From Archangium sp. (GTDB taxonomy: Bacteria > Myxococcota > Myxococcia > Myxococcales > Myxococcaceae): a stretch of 64,000 nucleotides of DNA. A program made the position numbers and the translations under genes. The notes below the pieces were generated by a model that searched no databases, was not told the DNA's origin, and saw nothing but the letters and a program-made list of their open reading frames with translations. Of this stretch, positions 1-13,215 are shown in pieces. Each line of letters starts with the position of its first letter. The first letter of the stretch is position 1. The stretch covers positions 8,283 to 72,282 of the forward strand of contig JANLPS010000489.1 in NCBI GenBank assembly GCA_031367385.1, written 5' to 3'.

Positions 1-270
1 GTCTTGGGTGCCCGCGGTGACGAAGATGATCGGCACGTGGCGGGTGCGATCATTCGAGCTCATCATCTCGGCGAGCTCGAAGCCGTCCATCTCCGGCATC
101 TGCACGTCGACGAAGGCCAGCGCACAGTCGTTCAACAGCAGCAGCTCGAGCGCCTCGGCTCCCGAGCGGGCCTCGAGCACTTCGACCGACTCATCACGCA
201 GCAACGCCGAGAGCGCGAGCAGGTTCTCTTCGAGGTCATCGACCAGCAGACATTTGACTCGGCGCTTCAT
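1..270 (-). CDS. Response-regulator receiver domain; N-terminus of a probable hybrid histidine kinase (partial, runs off the window)
   Basis: My translation from ATG 270: MKRRVKCLLVDDLEENLLAL...FVDVQMPEMDGFELA...RTRHVPIIFVTAG. ATGA overlap with the cheB stop. Not in the ORF track because it is truncated. Confidence 0.85.
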   Translation of the reverse strand, partial: MKRRVKCLLVDDLEENLLALSALLRDESVEVLEARSGAEALELLLLNDCALAFVDVQMPEMDGFELAEMMSSNDRTRHVPIIFVTAGTQD

Positions 271-851
271 GCTCCGCCCTCGAGCCGCTGCAGCAGCAGG
301 GCCAGCGCCGGCAATGACACCACGAAGTCGGCGGGCCCCCGGGCCAGTGCGGCGGTCGGCATCGCGCGGTATGCGGCGGTGTCGGGGTCTTGCACCACGG
401 TGACGCCACCCGAGGCCCGAATGGCCGCCAGCCCATCGGCACCGTCGGCGTTCGCACCGGTCAAGACCACACCCATCAGTCTGGCGCCGTACACCTCGGC
501 CGCAGACTCGAACAGCACGTCGATCGCCGGCCGTGAGAAGTGCACCGGCGCTTCGAGTGAGAGCGCCAGGTGCGGGCCCTTGTCGATCAACAGGTGGTAA
601 CCGGCGGGCGCCAAGAACACCGTGCCCGGCGTTATCGGTTGCTTGTCGTACGCCTCATAGGTGGGCAGCACGCACTTGCGAGCGAAAATAGCCGGCAACA
701 TGCTCGCGCGGTCTCGAGGCAGGTGCTGCACGATGATCACCGCCGGCCGAAACGACGCGGGGAGCTCCTGGAGCAGCACGGTCAACGCCTCGATGCCGCC
801 CGCCGAGGCGCCGATCACCACTGCTTCAATCGCTGAGAGCGCGCCGGCCAT
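267..851 (-). CDS. cheB: CheB-type methylesterase, catalytic domain only (no receiver)
   Basis: GASAGG, VQH, APAGYHLLI, SRPAIDVLFESAA, LTGANADGADG and QDPDTA...MP motifs. Confidence 0.93.
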   Translation of the reverse strand: MAGALSAIEAVVIGASAGGIEALTVLLQELPASFRPAVIIVQHLPRDRASMLPAIFARKCVLPTYEAYDKQPITPGTVFLAPAGYHLLIDKGPHLALSLEAPVHFSRPAIDVLFESAAEVYGARLMGVVLTGANADGADGLAAIRASGGVTVVQDPDTAAYRAMPTAALARGPADFVVSLPALALLLQRLEGGA

Positions 852-853
852 CT

Positions 854-1678
854 TCAGTCGGCCTCTTTTTGGTAGATGCGCTCGTCGGGGGCGAGCGCTC
901 TGAACGCCCTCGTGCGAGGGTAGAAGTGCAGCGATTCACGCATGCCCAGACCCAAGAACCCTTTGCGGCACAGTGAGTCGCGAAACAAATCGACGGCCCG
1001 GTTCTGCAGATCGCGGTTGAAGTAGATCAAGACGTTTCGGCACGAGACCAGGTGCACCTCGGCGAAGACGCTGTCGGTGGCGAGCGAGTGATCTGAGAAC
1101 ACCATGTTCTGGCGCAGCGATTGGTCGAACACCGCCCGGCCATAAGCCTCGGTGTAGTACTCCGAGAGCGGCCCCGTCGCGCCCGACTTGCGGTGGTTCT
1201 CGCTGAAGAGCTCGAGCCGCTCAGCCTCGTACACGCCCGACTCGGCCTTCTTCAGCGCGTCGTCATTGATGTCGGTGGCGTAGATCAAGCTGCGCGAGAG
1301 CAACCCCTCTTCACGCAGCAGAATCGCCAGCGAATACACCTCTTCGCCCGCGCTGCAACCCGCCACCCACAGCTTGAGCGAGGGGTAGGTGCGCAGCAAT
1401 GGCACCACCTCGGTTCGCAGCGCCTTGAAGTACTCGGGGTCGCGAAACATCTCGCTGACCTGCACCGTCAAGACGTTGATCACCGACCTGAAGATCAGCG
1501 GGTCGTGCAGCACCTTGTCTTGCAGCTGCGAGAGCGAGGTGCACTCGAAGCGGGTCATCGCCGAGCTCAGTCGGCGCTTGAGCGATGACTCGGCATAGCC
1601 GCGAAAATCATAGTGGTACTTGAGGAACACCGCGTCGATGAACAGGCGCAGCTCGATGTCGGAGCTCGCGAGCGTCAT
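854..1678 (-). CDS. cheR: CheR-type protein-glutamate O-methyltransferase
   Basis: YDFRGY, VSEMFRDP, WVAGCSAGEEVYS, ATDIN, CRNVLIYF and GFLGLG motifs. Confidence 0.95.
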   Translation of the reverse strand: MTLASSDIELRLFIDAVFLKYHYDFRGYAESSLKRRLSSAMTRFECTSLSQLQDKVLHDPLIFRSVINVLTVQVSEMFRDPEYFKALRTEVVPLLRTYPSLKLWVAGCSAGEEVYSLAILLREEGLLSRSLIYATDINDDALKKAESGVYEAERLELFSENHRKSGATGPLSEYYTEAYGRAVFDQSLRQNMVFSDHSLATDSVFAEVHLVSCRNVLIYFNRDLQNRAVDLFRDSLCRKGFLGLGMRESLHFYPRTRAFRALAPDERIYQKEAD

Positions 1679-1684
1679 GGCGGG

Positions 1685-5173
<3,489 letters not shown>

Positions 5174-5298
5174 GGTGTCTCAGCGGTGGAGCGACGGTGC
5201 GAAGGCCGGGCCACCACCACTTTCATCGAGTTGTGGCGGAATGGGCTGTGGCGAGGCGTCACACTGGGCTAGCGGTGCGGCACTTTGGCAAGTTCGCC

Positions 5299-5934
5299 TT
5301 ACCGGCTATTCCAAGGGTTGGCGGGCTGATCATTGATGGCGACCCAAAATCGCGCATCGCGGGAGACCTCGCCCACCCCGGTGAGCCCCCACCCGCCGCG
5401 ACCATCGTGGTGCTCGGCCATTCTCCACCCGGCCCCCAGGGCCTTGGCGCAGCGGGCGTCGGCCTCGGCGCGAGAGGTCAGCAGGCGACCAGCGATGGGC
5501 GTGGTGGCGGCGATCTCGGCCCCTGACCAGCCGCTGTAGAAATCGCTCGCGAGCCCCTCGGGCTTGGGCAGGTTCTTGGGCAGCAGACACAGAATCGACA
5601 GCTCGGTCTCGCAGTCGGTGTCACCCAGGTAGGCGTTGGTGTGCGCCGGGTCGCTGCCCACGCGAACGATGTTCTTTTCTTGCTTGAGCAGGCTCCAGGT
5701 CATGCCGCGGCAACTGCCCCTGGGTGGGGGAGGCGCCACAGGCACAGGCACCGGTGGCGGAGGGCTCACGGCGACCGGCGCAGGTGCTTCGCAGCGGCAC
5801 ACGGGCGCGGCCGGAGGCTGCAGGCGCGAGGCGATGAACCACACCCCGAGCCCAGAGCTGAGTGACGAGGCGCTGATCAGCAAGGCCAGCCCAGGCAGCC
5901 CGAGCGTGATCGACGGCGATTCAGAAGTGGCCAT
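5299..5934 (-). CDS. Membrane-anchored protein with a Pro-rich linker and a Cys/Trp-rich C-terminal domain of unknown function
   Basis: N-terminal hydrophobic segment, PPPPVPVP linker, then GMTW...GDTDC...ILC...GW...WRMAEHHDG..GW. Confidence 0.7.
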   Translation of the reverse strand: MATSESPSITLGLPGLALLISASSLSSGLGVWFIASRLQPPAAPVCRCEAPAPVAVSPPPPVPVPVAPPPPRGSCRGMTWSLLKQEKNIVRVGSDPAHTNAYLGDTDCETELSILCLLPKNLPKPEGLASDFYSGWSGAEIAATTPIAGRLLTSRAEADARCAKALGAGWRMAEHHDGRGGWGLTGVGEVSRDARFWVAINDQPANPWNSR

Positions 5935-5942
5935 TCGCGGTC

Positions 5943-5948
5943 ATCATA
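5943..5948 (-). promoter_or_regulatory. Putative -10 box (TATGAT) 8 nt before the ATG at 5934; leaderless-type
   Basis: Minus strand TATGAT-gaccgcga-ATG; no Shine-Dalgarno sequence. Confidence 0.45.
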
Positions 5949-5954
5949 GGCCAT

Positions 5955-5992
5955 AAAAAAACCGTGAAGCGCGGTGAGTTGCGCTCCACGGT
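5955..5992 (-). terminator. Intrinsic terminator
   Basis: Minus strand ACCGTGGAGCGC-loop-GCGCTTCACGGT followed by a T-run, just downstream of the stop at 6018. Confidence 0.8.
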
Positions 5993-6017
5993 CGGTCAAG
6001 CCTTAGCGGCGCAAAGG

Positions 6018-8438
6018 TTACTGGTTGACGCCGTCGAGGGTGAAGGTGCCACTCTGGCCAGGCGGGGTGCCGTTGCCACCGCTCACGACGACAGAGCCCG
6101 TATTCGCCGACTGCCCGACGTACGACGTGAAAGAGACTTCTCCGCCCACGCCACCCTGCACGGTCGAATTGCCACCCGTCGCGGTGACCGCCGCTGAGTT
6201 GCTCGTCACCGTGCCCCAGAGAGAAACCGAGCCGCCGTAGCCGCCTGCCCCGGTCGCCGACCCTGCGTTCGCATGCAGGGCGCCGGTGTTCGTCACTGGG
6301 CCGTTGTTCGAATAGAGGTTGATCGAGCCGCCATTGCCGCCCGTGCTCGGCCCGCCCGACTGCGTGCCGCCATTGACCGAGACCGTGCCGTGGTTTTCGA
6401 CACCCGACTCGCCCCCCATGTTGAGATTACCGGCATAGGCGTACACCGGCTGCGAGCTCGAGTTGCCCGAGCCCAGCGTGATGTCGCCGTAGTTGATGAC
6501 GGCCTCGGTGGCGTAGCCGAAGGGGTAGTCGGGCTGGGTGTTGAGGTTCACGCCCCTCGATCTGCCCGCGTTGCGGCCATCACCACCTCGGCTGGTGATC
6601 TTCACGTAGTTGACGACGCTCCCGCCAGGGCCGTAGGCGCTGTCGAAGATTCGACTCGAGGTGTTCGAGAGGTTGATGGTGCCCGAACGGCCACCGGTCT
6701 GATCGATGCTGGGGCCGCCGCTGCTGTCGATCTCGGCGTACCCGTACAAGATGAGCTGCTGGCCCGTGAGCACGTACCCCGGGTTGAGCTCGATGTTGAT
6801 CGAGCCTGCGCTGCCACCGTTCGGCCCTTCGCCTCCGCTGGTGTCAACGTCGCCGCCGATGCGCATCGTGCGAGCGGCTCGCCCGTCTTGCGGGCTCCCG
6901 CGGAAGCTGATCGAGCCGCCTGACCCGCCCTGGTTTCCCGGAGCGTTCGAGGCAGCGCCACCCACGGTGATGACGGAGCCTGCCCACCTGAGCTCACCTC
7001 CAGCAGCTTGAATCGAGACGGAGCTGCCCGAGCCTGCGACACAATCGATCGAGTTGCAGGCGCCGCCGCGCGCGATGATCTGCGCCGAGCCGATCAGGTC
7101 ACCCGAGTTGGCATACAAGCCGATGCTGCTGGCACTGCCCGCGACGGGGCCGCTCCCGCCCGAGGCGTCAATGGAGCCAGCCACGAAGAGCGACGCGCAG
7201 TGCACCTGAACGTCACCGCCGGGCTGGCCGTTGTCGACGGCACTGCTGCCCCCGTTCGCTCTGATGGTGGCGGTCGACACGCACGTGTTCTGTGAATTCA
7301 AGTTGAACGCGCCGCCGCTGCCACTCGCACGGCCGAAGGTATCGACCCGGCCAGCCAGCACGATGCCGCCCCCCGCGTTGAGATTGAAGCTGCCGCCCGA
7401 GCCGCCATCGAGGCCCACGACGACGATGGCCGCCGTGTCATCACTGACGTACGTGGCCGCAGAGATGCTCAACGAGGTGCCATTGATGGGGTCGGCGCCC
7501 TTGGTGAGAATCGTGCCGGCGTTCTTGAAGCTCTTCGCGATGACGAGTCTGGCGGCATTGCTGGTGACCGCGTCGATCGTCAGCACCGCGCCACTGGCAA
7601 CAGAAATCGAGGTGACGAGGCCAGCGTCGGCTGAGTAGACGCGAGTGTCGTTCTGTACCTGAAAGTACGGCAAGCCCGAATCAACGCCGTCGATGAGCGC
7701 CGGGTACGAGGTCAACGTGTAGGTGCCAGTGACGGCCATCGGGTTCGCGCCCGCCACGAAAGCGAGCGTGGGTATTGAGAAGCCCGCATCGACCGAGCCG
7801 GTGTTGAACACCATCGTGTTGCCACCGAGCGAGCCTTGATCAAAATAAACGTCGATGGTCGACCCGTTGCCGCCGTTCGAGGTCGTGCCCGCGCCACCAC
7901 GCGCGTACAAGTGAGAGGTGCCCACGGGGCCACCCGGAGGCGTGACCGACTGCGGGTAATACGGCTGAGTGCCGTTGCACACATTCTTCGAGCCGTCGAC
8001 TTCACCGCTCTCGAGCGCGCCGTTGGCCGCGGTGCCCGCGCCGTCGCCGTTGTCGAGGCCGTAGTCGATTCGCACGCCACCGTTGGGGCACGCTGAATCG
8101 CCAGGGGGGAGAATGGTGGTGTTGATCAGCGACGCCGCGCCGTTCGCGCCCGCATCGCCGTTGCTGCCGTTGGCGCCGCTGCTCCCTGCTCCTCCAGTGG
8201 CGCCGGCAGCGCCCGTCGCGCCCGCTGGGCCATTGCACAACTCACTGCTCTGCGTCACCTCGCTCGCCTCGAGCGTGCCGTTGCCGTCGGTATCGGCCCC
8301 GGCAGAAATTTTCACGCCCCCCGTCGGGCACTTGGTGTCGGAGCTGACGTCGGTGAGCTGCGTGAGCACTGGCTTGGTCGCGCCGTTGTTGCAGGCGACG
8401 ATCACCAGAGCGGCCGCGATGAGGGTCGTTCTTTTCAT
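6018..8438 (-). CDS. Large Gly-rich surface lipoprotein (two Cys-containing CxxGG...GxDxxxxGxL repeats, collagen-like linker, probable beta-helix); paralog 1
   Basis: MKRTTLIAAALVIVAC lipobox (start moved to ATG 8438); CPTGGVKISAGADTDGNGTLEASEV and CPNGGVRIDYGLDNG repeats (DUF7151-like from recall); G-X-Y run; many GG..GGSIxI repeats. Confidence 0.8.
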   Translation of the reverse strand: MKRTTLIAAALVIVACNNGATKPVLTQLTDVSSDTKCPTGGVKISAGADTDGNGTLEASEVTQSSELCNGPAGATGAAGATGGAGSSGANGSNGDAGANGAASLINTTILPPGDSACPNGGVRIDYGLDNGDGAGTAANGALESGEVDGSKNVCNGTQPYYPQSVTPPGGPVGTSHLYARGGAGTTSNGGNGSTIDVYFDQGSLGGNTMVFNTGSVDAGFSIPTLAFVAGANPMAVTGTYTLTSYPALIDGVDSGLPYFQVQNDTRVYSADAGLVTSISVASGAVLTIDAVTSNAARLVIAKSFKNAGTILTKGADPINGTSLSISAATYVSDDTAAIVVVGLDGGSGGSFNLNAGGGIVLAGRVDTFGRASGSGGAFNLNSQNTCVSTATIRANGGSSAVDNGQPGGDVQVHCASLFVAGSIDASGGSGPVAGSASSIGLYANSGDLIGSAQIIARGGACNSIDCVAGSGSSVSIQAAGGELRWAGSVITVGGAASNAPGNQGGSGGSISFRGSPQDGRAARTMRIGGDVDTSGGEGPNGGSAGSINIELNPGYVLTGQQLILYGYAEIDSSGGPSIDQTGGRSGTINLSNTSSRIFDSAYGPGGSVVNYVKITSRGGDGRNAGRSRGVNLNTQPDYPFGYATEAVINYGDITLGSGNSSSQPVYAYAGNLNMGGESGVENHGTVSVNGGTQSGGPSTGGNGGSINLYSNNGPVTNTGALHANAGSATGAGGYGGSVSLWGTVTSNSAAVTATGGNSTVQGGVGGEVSFTSYVGQSANTGSVVVSGGNGTPPGQSGTFTLDGVNQ

Positions 8439-8519
8439 GGGGCGCACCAGACCGATTTTCACAACTGTCGTCAGTGAAAGAGTTGGCGCCTGAAGTGCGC
8501 AGGAGGCGTACCCCCCCCC

Positions 8520-8557
8520 AAAAAAAACCGTGGAGCGCGGTGTCTTGCGCTCCACGG
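8520..8557 (-). terminator. Intrinsic terminator, near-copy of the one at 5955-5992
   Basis: Minus strand CCGTGGAGCGC-loop-GCGCTCCACGG followed by T8, downstream of the stop at 8587. Confidence 0.8.
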
Positions 8558-8586
8558 CTTTCACTTCGAGAGACTCAAACAGCGCG

Positions 8587-11034
8587 TTACGGAGCCACGC
8601 GCTCGCCATCGATTTCGATGGAGCCGTCGGTGCCCTTCGGCGTGCCATTGCCGCCGGTGGCCGTGGCCGCGCCGGTCACGCTGGTCTTGCCCGCCGTCGA
8701 GAAGAAGGTGAGGTCACCGCCCGAACCACCTGCCGCGGCCGAATTGCCTCCGTTGGCGCTCACGTCACCCGTGCTGGTGACGAGCTCACCGCGCAGCTCG
8801 ACGTAGCCGCCGTTTCGGCCCGCACCGGTCGCCGACCCGCCATTCGCGCGAATCGTGCCGGGGTTGTCGAGCGTGCCGTGCCAGGCTTGCAGGGAGATGT
8901 ACCCGCCCGCGCCGCTTGGTGAAGGGCCACCCGACTGCGTGCCACCGTTCGAGATCAAGCGCCCGTGATTTTCAAGGTGGGTCATCGCGCTCAACGAAAG
9001 GTAGCCGCCTTGCCAGATGGTGCTGGTGCTCGAGCTGGCATCACCACCGCTGACGTCGACGTCGCCGAAGTTGAGCACCTGCTCGTTCTGAACCCCGAAG
9101 GCATATTCGTCTTGGGTGCTCATGGAGGCATTGCCCGGCCGCCCTCCCGACGAACCGTTGCCGCCTCGCGCGGTGAGCTTCGCGTAATTGACGACGCCTC
9201 CACCCGGGCCGCTCACGTTGTCATGAATGGTGCTGTACCTGTTGTAGAAGTTGATCGACCCGCCAGTGCCGCCCGACGTGTTGCTGCCCTGCCCGCCGCT
9301 GGAGTCGACGTCGGTGTACCCGAACAACGCGACCTCTTGCCCGTGGGGGAAGTAGTAGGGGTTCGAGTTGATCGAGATCTGGCCGCCATTGCCGCCTGAC
9401 CCCGAGGCATCTCCGCCCTCGCTGATCAGATTGCCTGCGATCTGGAGCGACCCGGTGATGAACGAGCCGCGCTCGCCATTCGACGGGGAGTAGGACTCGT
9501 TCAGGCTGAAGCTGATCGACCCGCCCGAGCCGCCGCTGTCGCCCGACGCGCCGCCTGAGGCCACGACCGCTGCGTTCCACCGCAGCTCGCCACCCGAGGC
9601 CCGAATGTTCACCGAGCCACCACTGCCGGCTCCGTTTTCGGTCTCAGTGCTGCTGCCGCCGCGGGCCGTGATCGCGCCCGAGCCCCGCACCGAGCCCTGC
9701 GTTGCAGCCAGAGTCACGTCACCCGCGCCGCTGCCGACCGGCCCCGAACCACCAGAGCTGTCGATCGCGCCCGAGGTCGATAGGCTTCGACACCGAATCG
9801 AGACCGACCCACCGCTGCCGGTGCGATCGCTCGCCGAGCCGCCGAAGGTGCGAATTGCGCCCGTGTTGAAGCAGTCGCCGGTGGTATTGATCTGCACGTC
9901 CCCACCGCTCGCGCCACCGCGCCCAGAGGCGGCCAAGGTACCTTCGTTGGCGAAGGTCGACATGGTCGAGATCGAGATGCCACCGCCGGTACCGCCATCG
10001 AGGCCCTCGGTCGAGACCGACGAGCCAGGGCCGCCGGTGTACTTCGATGCGGAGATCGACAGCGTGGTGCCGTTGAGCGCATCAGGCGTCGCCACGATGT
10101 TGCCCGCGTTGGCCAGGCCCTGCTCGACGTTGATCGAAGCGCCGTTGCCGGGCAGCGTGGTGAGCCTCAAGGTCTTGGTCGCGGCGATTGACAGGGCGGT
10201 GACCACCCCGGCATCGCTCTGGTACACGCGCCCGTCTCCGACCAGTTGAAAGTACGACTTGCCTGAAGTCAGGCCGCTCTGAAGGTCGACGTAGCTCACC
10301 AGCTCGGTGTCGATGCTGATGGTCAACGGGTTCTTGCCGGCCGCGAAGGCGACCGTGGGTACGGTAAAGCCCGCGTCGACGGTGCCGGTCTTGAAGATTT
10401 TCACGTGGCCGCCAAGCGAGCCGCTGCCGAGCGACACGTTGATGCTAGCTCCGTTGCCGCCGTTTCTGCCGCTACCGCCGCGCGATGAAATGCGAGCCGT
10501 GCCATCGGGGCCTGGCGGAGGCGTGACCGATTGCGGGTAATACGGAGTGCCTCCGTTGCAGATGTTCTTGGTACCGGTGATTTCGCCGCTCTCGAGCGTG
10601 CCGTTGTTCGCGATGCCGCCACCCGCACCGTTGTCGATGCCGTAGTCGACTCGCACGCCGCCGTTCACGCACGCCGTGTCGCCGGTGGCCAGGAGGGTGG
10701 TGTTGATCAACGACGGAGCGCCGTTGGCCCCCGCATCGCCCGCGCTGCCTGCAGCGCCAGTGGCTCCGGTTGCGCCGGTCGCTCCCGTGGCGCCTGCCGC
10801 GCCCATGCCTGCTGGGCCAGCGGGGCCGTTGCAGAGCTCACTGCTCTGCGTGACCTCGCTCGCCTCGAGCGTGCCGTTGCCATCGGTGTCGGCGCCAGCG
10901 GAGATCTTCACGCCACCCGTCGGGCATTTGGTGTCAGCGGTGACATCGGTAAGCTGCGTGAGCACGGGCTTGGTCGCGCCGTTGTTACATGCGACGATCG
11001 CCAGTGCGGCTGCGAGGACGGTTGTTCTTTTCAT
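8587..11034 (-). CDS. Large Gly-rich surface lipoprotein; paralog 2 (tandem duplicate of 6018-8438)
   Basis: MKRTTVLAAALAIVAC lipobox (ATG 11034); first ~70 aa nearly identical to paralog 1; same architecture. Confidence 0.8.
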   Translation of the reverse strand: MKRTTVLAAALAIVACNNGATKPVLTQLTDVTADTKCPTGGVKISAGADTDGNGTLEASEVTQSSELCNGPAGPAGMGAAGATGATGATGATGAAGSAGDAGANGAPSLINTTLLATGDTACVNGGVRVDYGIDNGAGGGIANNGTLESGEITGTKNICNGGTPYYPQSVTPPPGPDGTARISSRGGSGRNGGNGASINVSLGSGSLGGHVKIFKTGTVDAGFTVPTVAFAAGKNPLTISIDTELVSYVDLQSGLTSGKSYFQLVGDGRVYQSDAGVVTALSIAATKTLRLTTLPGNGASINVEQGLANAGNIVATPDALNGTTLSISASKYTGGPGSSVSTEGLDGGTGGGISISTMSTFANEGTLAASGRGGASGGDVQINTTGDCFNTGAIRTFGGSASDRTGSGGSVSIRCRSLSTSGAIDSSGGSGPVGSGAGDVTLAATQGSVRGSGAITARGGSSTETENGAGSGGSVNIRASGGELRWNAAVVASGGASGDSGGSGGSISFSLNESYSPSNGERGSFITGSLQIAGNLISEGGDASGSGGNGGQISINSNPYYFPHGQEVALFGYTDVDSSGGQGSNTSGGTGGSINFYNRYSTIHDNVSGPGGGVVNYAKLTARGGNGSSGGRPGNASMSTQDEYAFGVQNEQVLNFGDVDVSGGDASSSTSTIWQGGYLSLSAMTHLENHGRLISNGGTQSGGPSPSGAGGYISLQAWHGTLDNPGTIRANGGSATGAGRNGGYVELRGELVTSTGDVSANGGNSAAAGGSGGDLTFFSTAGKTSVTGAATATGGNGTPKGTDGSIEIDGERVAP

Positions 11035-11199
11035 GGCGCGAACCAAAACTCGTGGTGCGAACCACGTCGCTGTCGTTTTTCGTCGCCGCTGTACGACTCA
11101 CGCACACGTCATCGAAGAAAAAGTCAGCACCCGCGGCAAAAATCTTGCGCTGTTTCAGGTCTTTCGCAGGCCGACCACTTCGCCGGTACCGTCGGGCAA

Positions 11200-11455
11200 G
11201 AAGAAGTCGGTTTCGCCGGCTCATCGAACCATCTTCTTCGATGATGTCGACGTCGACGCCGCACCCGGTCGGGGGAGCCGCGAAGTGATCAGCGGTCGGC
11301 GTCGTGCCGCTCAGCGCGAGCGTGATGCGCCGCAGCTGACGGGTCGGGCTGACCAGGTCGGTGGGCGCCGCTGGGGCTTGCGGTATCGGGCAGGTGGCTT
11401 GCGCGAAGACCGTGGCGCTCGACATCGCCAACACGAGCGAGAGACGGGAGATCAC
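11200..11455 (-). pseudogene. Probable truncated remnant of a secreted DUF1549-like protein
   Basis: Signal-peptide-like VISRLSLVLAMSSATVFA followed by SPTRQLRRITLALSGTTPT, which resembles the LRRxxLDLxGxxPT motif. The ORF loses protein-like character soon after. Boundaries approximate. Confidence 0.3.
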
Positions 11456-11511
11456 GGCGAGGGTGTGTGCAAAGCCCCGGTCGCGCACGGGGCGTCGCGG
11501 AAGCCGAACGT

Positions 11512-12747
11512 TCAGCTCTTGAATCGGGCCAGCAGCGCGCGCGCCGAGCCCCAGCGCGGGTCGGTGGTCTCATTCAAGAAGTCTTCAGCGCGCGCAACCG
11601 ACTCGGCGGTGGGGTGAAAATCTTGGCGCGCGGCGAGGCTGTTCAGAATCGACAACGCCTGCGAGCGATGAGAGCGCAAGGCCACCAGCCACGCCGGGCG
11701 CGGTTGCTGCGAGACCTGATCAGTCACCAGCTCGTTCGGGTTCGCGCCGTGCGAGAAGAGCTGTGCGAACACATCATGCGGCGGAGTGCGCCCGGCGTAC
11801 CGGCGGTGCGCTTCGGTGATCAACCCTGGCTTGGCGATGGCCCCGAGCGCGAAGAGGTTTCGCAGGTTCTCGCTCGAGGCCAGGTGCGCGTGCAGCACCG
11901 TCTGGCCATCGAGGTCTTCGGCGTTCGGGTCGGCGTGTGCGGCGAGCAACGTGCGCACCGCTTCGGGGTCACTCTGGCGCATCAACGCCGTCTGCCCCGC
12001 TGCGTTGCGGCGGTTCGGGTCGGCGCCGAGCACGATGAGGTCGGCGGTGAGCGACGCATAACGGGGCGTCATCAACGGCGTGTTGCCGAGGTCGTCGACG
12101 CTGTCGGGGTTCGCTCCGTGCGAGAGCAAGCGCTGCGCGTCATCAACCGAGAGCACGAACATCAGCGGTGCCACGCCGTGCTGCAGCGGTGACCCCAAGC
12201 CCTCGGCCCATCGCGTCGCCGGCAACGAGAGCAGCTGCAGCACGCCGTCGGGGCTCGAAGAGATGGTCGAAGGCGCGTTGACGTTCGCTCCGGCGTCAAC
12301 GAGGTGGCGAAAGGCGCCCATCGAGCGGGGGCCTGCCATCGCCGCCAAGCCCAGCGGGGTCACGCCCTCGCGGTCGGCCAAATCGAGGTCGACGCCAGCC
12401 GCTTTCAGCTTGCCGAACAGGCTCGCCGGCGGAGTCGCGTGCTGCATGCCAGCCCACGCATCGAGCTCGTTGCGGGCCAGGTCGCTCACCAGGCGGTGGG
12501 CTGCGTTGCGGCCGTGCTCGTCGATGAAGTCGACGCCCACGTGGTGGTCGAGCATCTCGGCAATGACCGCTGATTGCCGCGTGTCGAGCGCGAGCGCCCT
12601 CGCCCGGTGCCCTTCGGCGGGGGTCATGATGCTGCCCTCTTCGAGAAGCGCTCGCACGGTGTTCGGCGCGAAGTCCCACTCACCCGATTTGAGAAGCTCG
12701 AACAACCCGTTGGTCGGCATGGCTGTACAGAAGGTTGACGGTCGCAT
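11512..12747 (-). CDS. Ankyrin-repeat protein
   Basis: Repeated DxxGxTPL/TAL...LLxxGADPN motifs. The start may be the ATG at 12720. Confidence 0.85.
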   Translation of the reverse strand: MRPSTFCTAMPTNGLFELLKSGEWDFAPNTVRALLEEGSIMTPAEGHRARALALDTRQSAVIAEMLDHHVGVDFIDEHGRNAAHRLVSDLARNELDAWAGMQHATPPASLFGKLKAAGVDLDLADREGVTPLGLAAMAGPRSMGAFRHLVDAGANVNAPSTISSSPDGVLQLLSLPATRWAEGLGSPLQHGVAPLMFVLSVDDAQRLLSHGANPDSVDDLGNTPLMTPRYASLTADLIVLGADPNRRNAAGQTALMRQSDPEAVRTLLAAHADPNAEDLDGQTVLHAHLASSENLRNLFALGAIAKPGLITEAHRRYAGRTPPHDVFAQLFSHGANPNELVTDQVSQQPRPAWLVALRSHRSQALSILNSLAARQDFHPTAESVARAEDFLNETTDPRWGSARALLARFKS

Positions 12748-12819
12748 CTTGGCTCACCTCTTCAAGTCATTGAAATCAGGCAGTTATTTTGAGGGCGGCG
12801 CGCGCTATAACGCCGCCTC

Positions 12820-13215
12820 ATGCAAAAACTCGTGTCGTTTGGGTTCGTGGCCTTCGTGGTGGTGGTGGCAGCGCGGTGGGCGATGATCTCGTTCGACGAC
12901 GCAGCCCTCTCGAATGAGATGACCGGCGTGCCCGGCAGCATTGCCAGTCTCGAGAACCATGCCCCGGCCATCGCGTCGGTCATCGGGGAGCGCGCAGAGA
13001 AGGCGCACTGCGCTGTGATTGAAGACGGCATCAAGGTCGACCTGGCTGACGTCGTGGTGCGCGGCAAGCCGCCCAACGAGCAGTACTGGCAGAAGGTCGA
13101 TTTGAGCCTGAAGTGCAAACGCAAGAACGCGCTGTTCATGCTGCGCACCCTCGAGCTCAAAGCCTCGATGGACATGATGGTTCAGGGCGGTCACGAAGAT
13201 CACTTCCCCCGATGA
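12820..13215 (+). CDS. Hypothetical protein with an N-terminal transmembrane or signal segment
   Basis: Hydrophobic N-terminus, GC3-rich codons, TATAAC 8 nt upstream, ATGA coupling to the next gene. Confidence 0.6.
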   Translation: MQKLVSFGFVAFVVVVAARWAMISFDDAALSNEMTGVPGSIASLENHAPAIASVIGERAEKAHCAVIEDGIKVDLADVVVRGKPPNEQYWQKVDLSLKCKRKNALFMLRTLELKASMDMMVQGGHEDHFPR

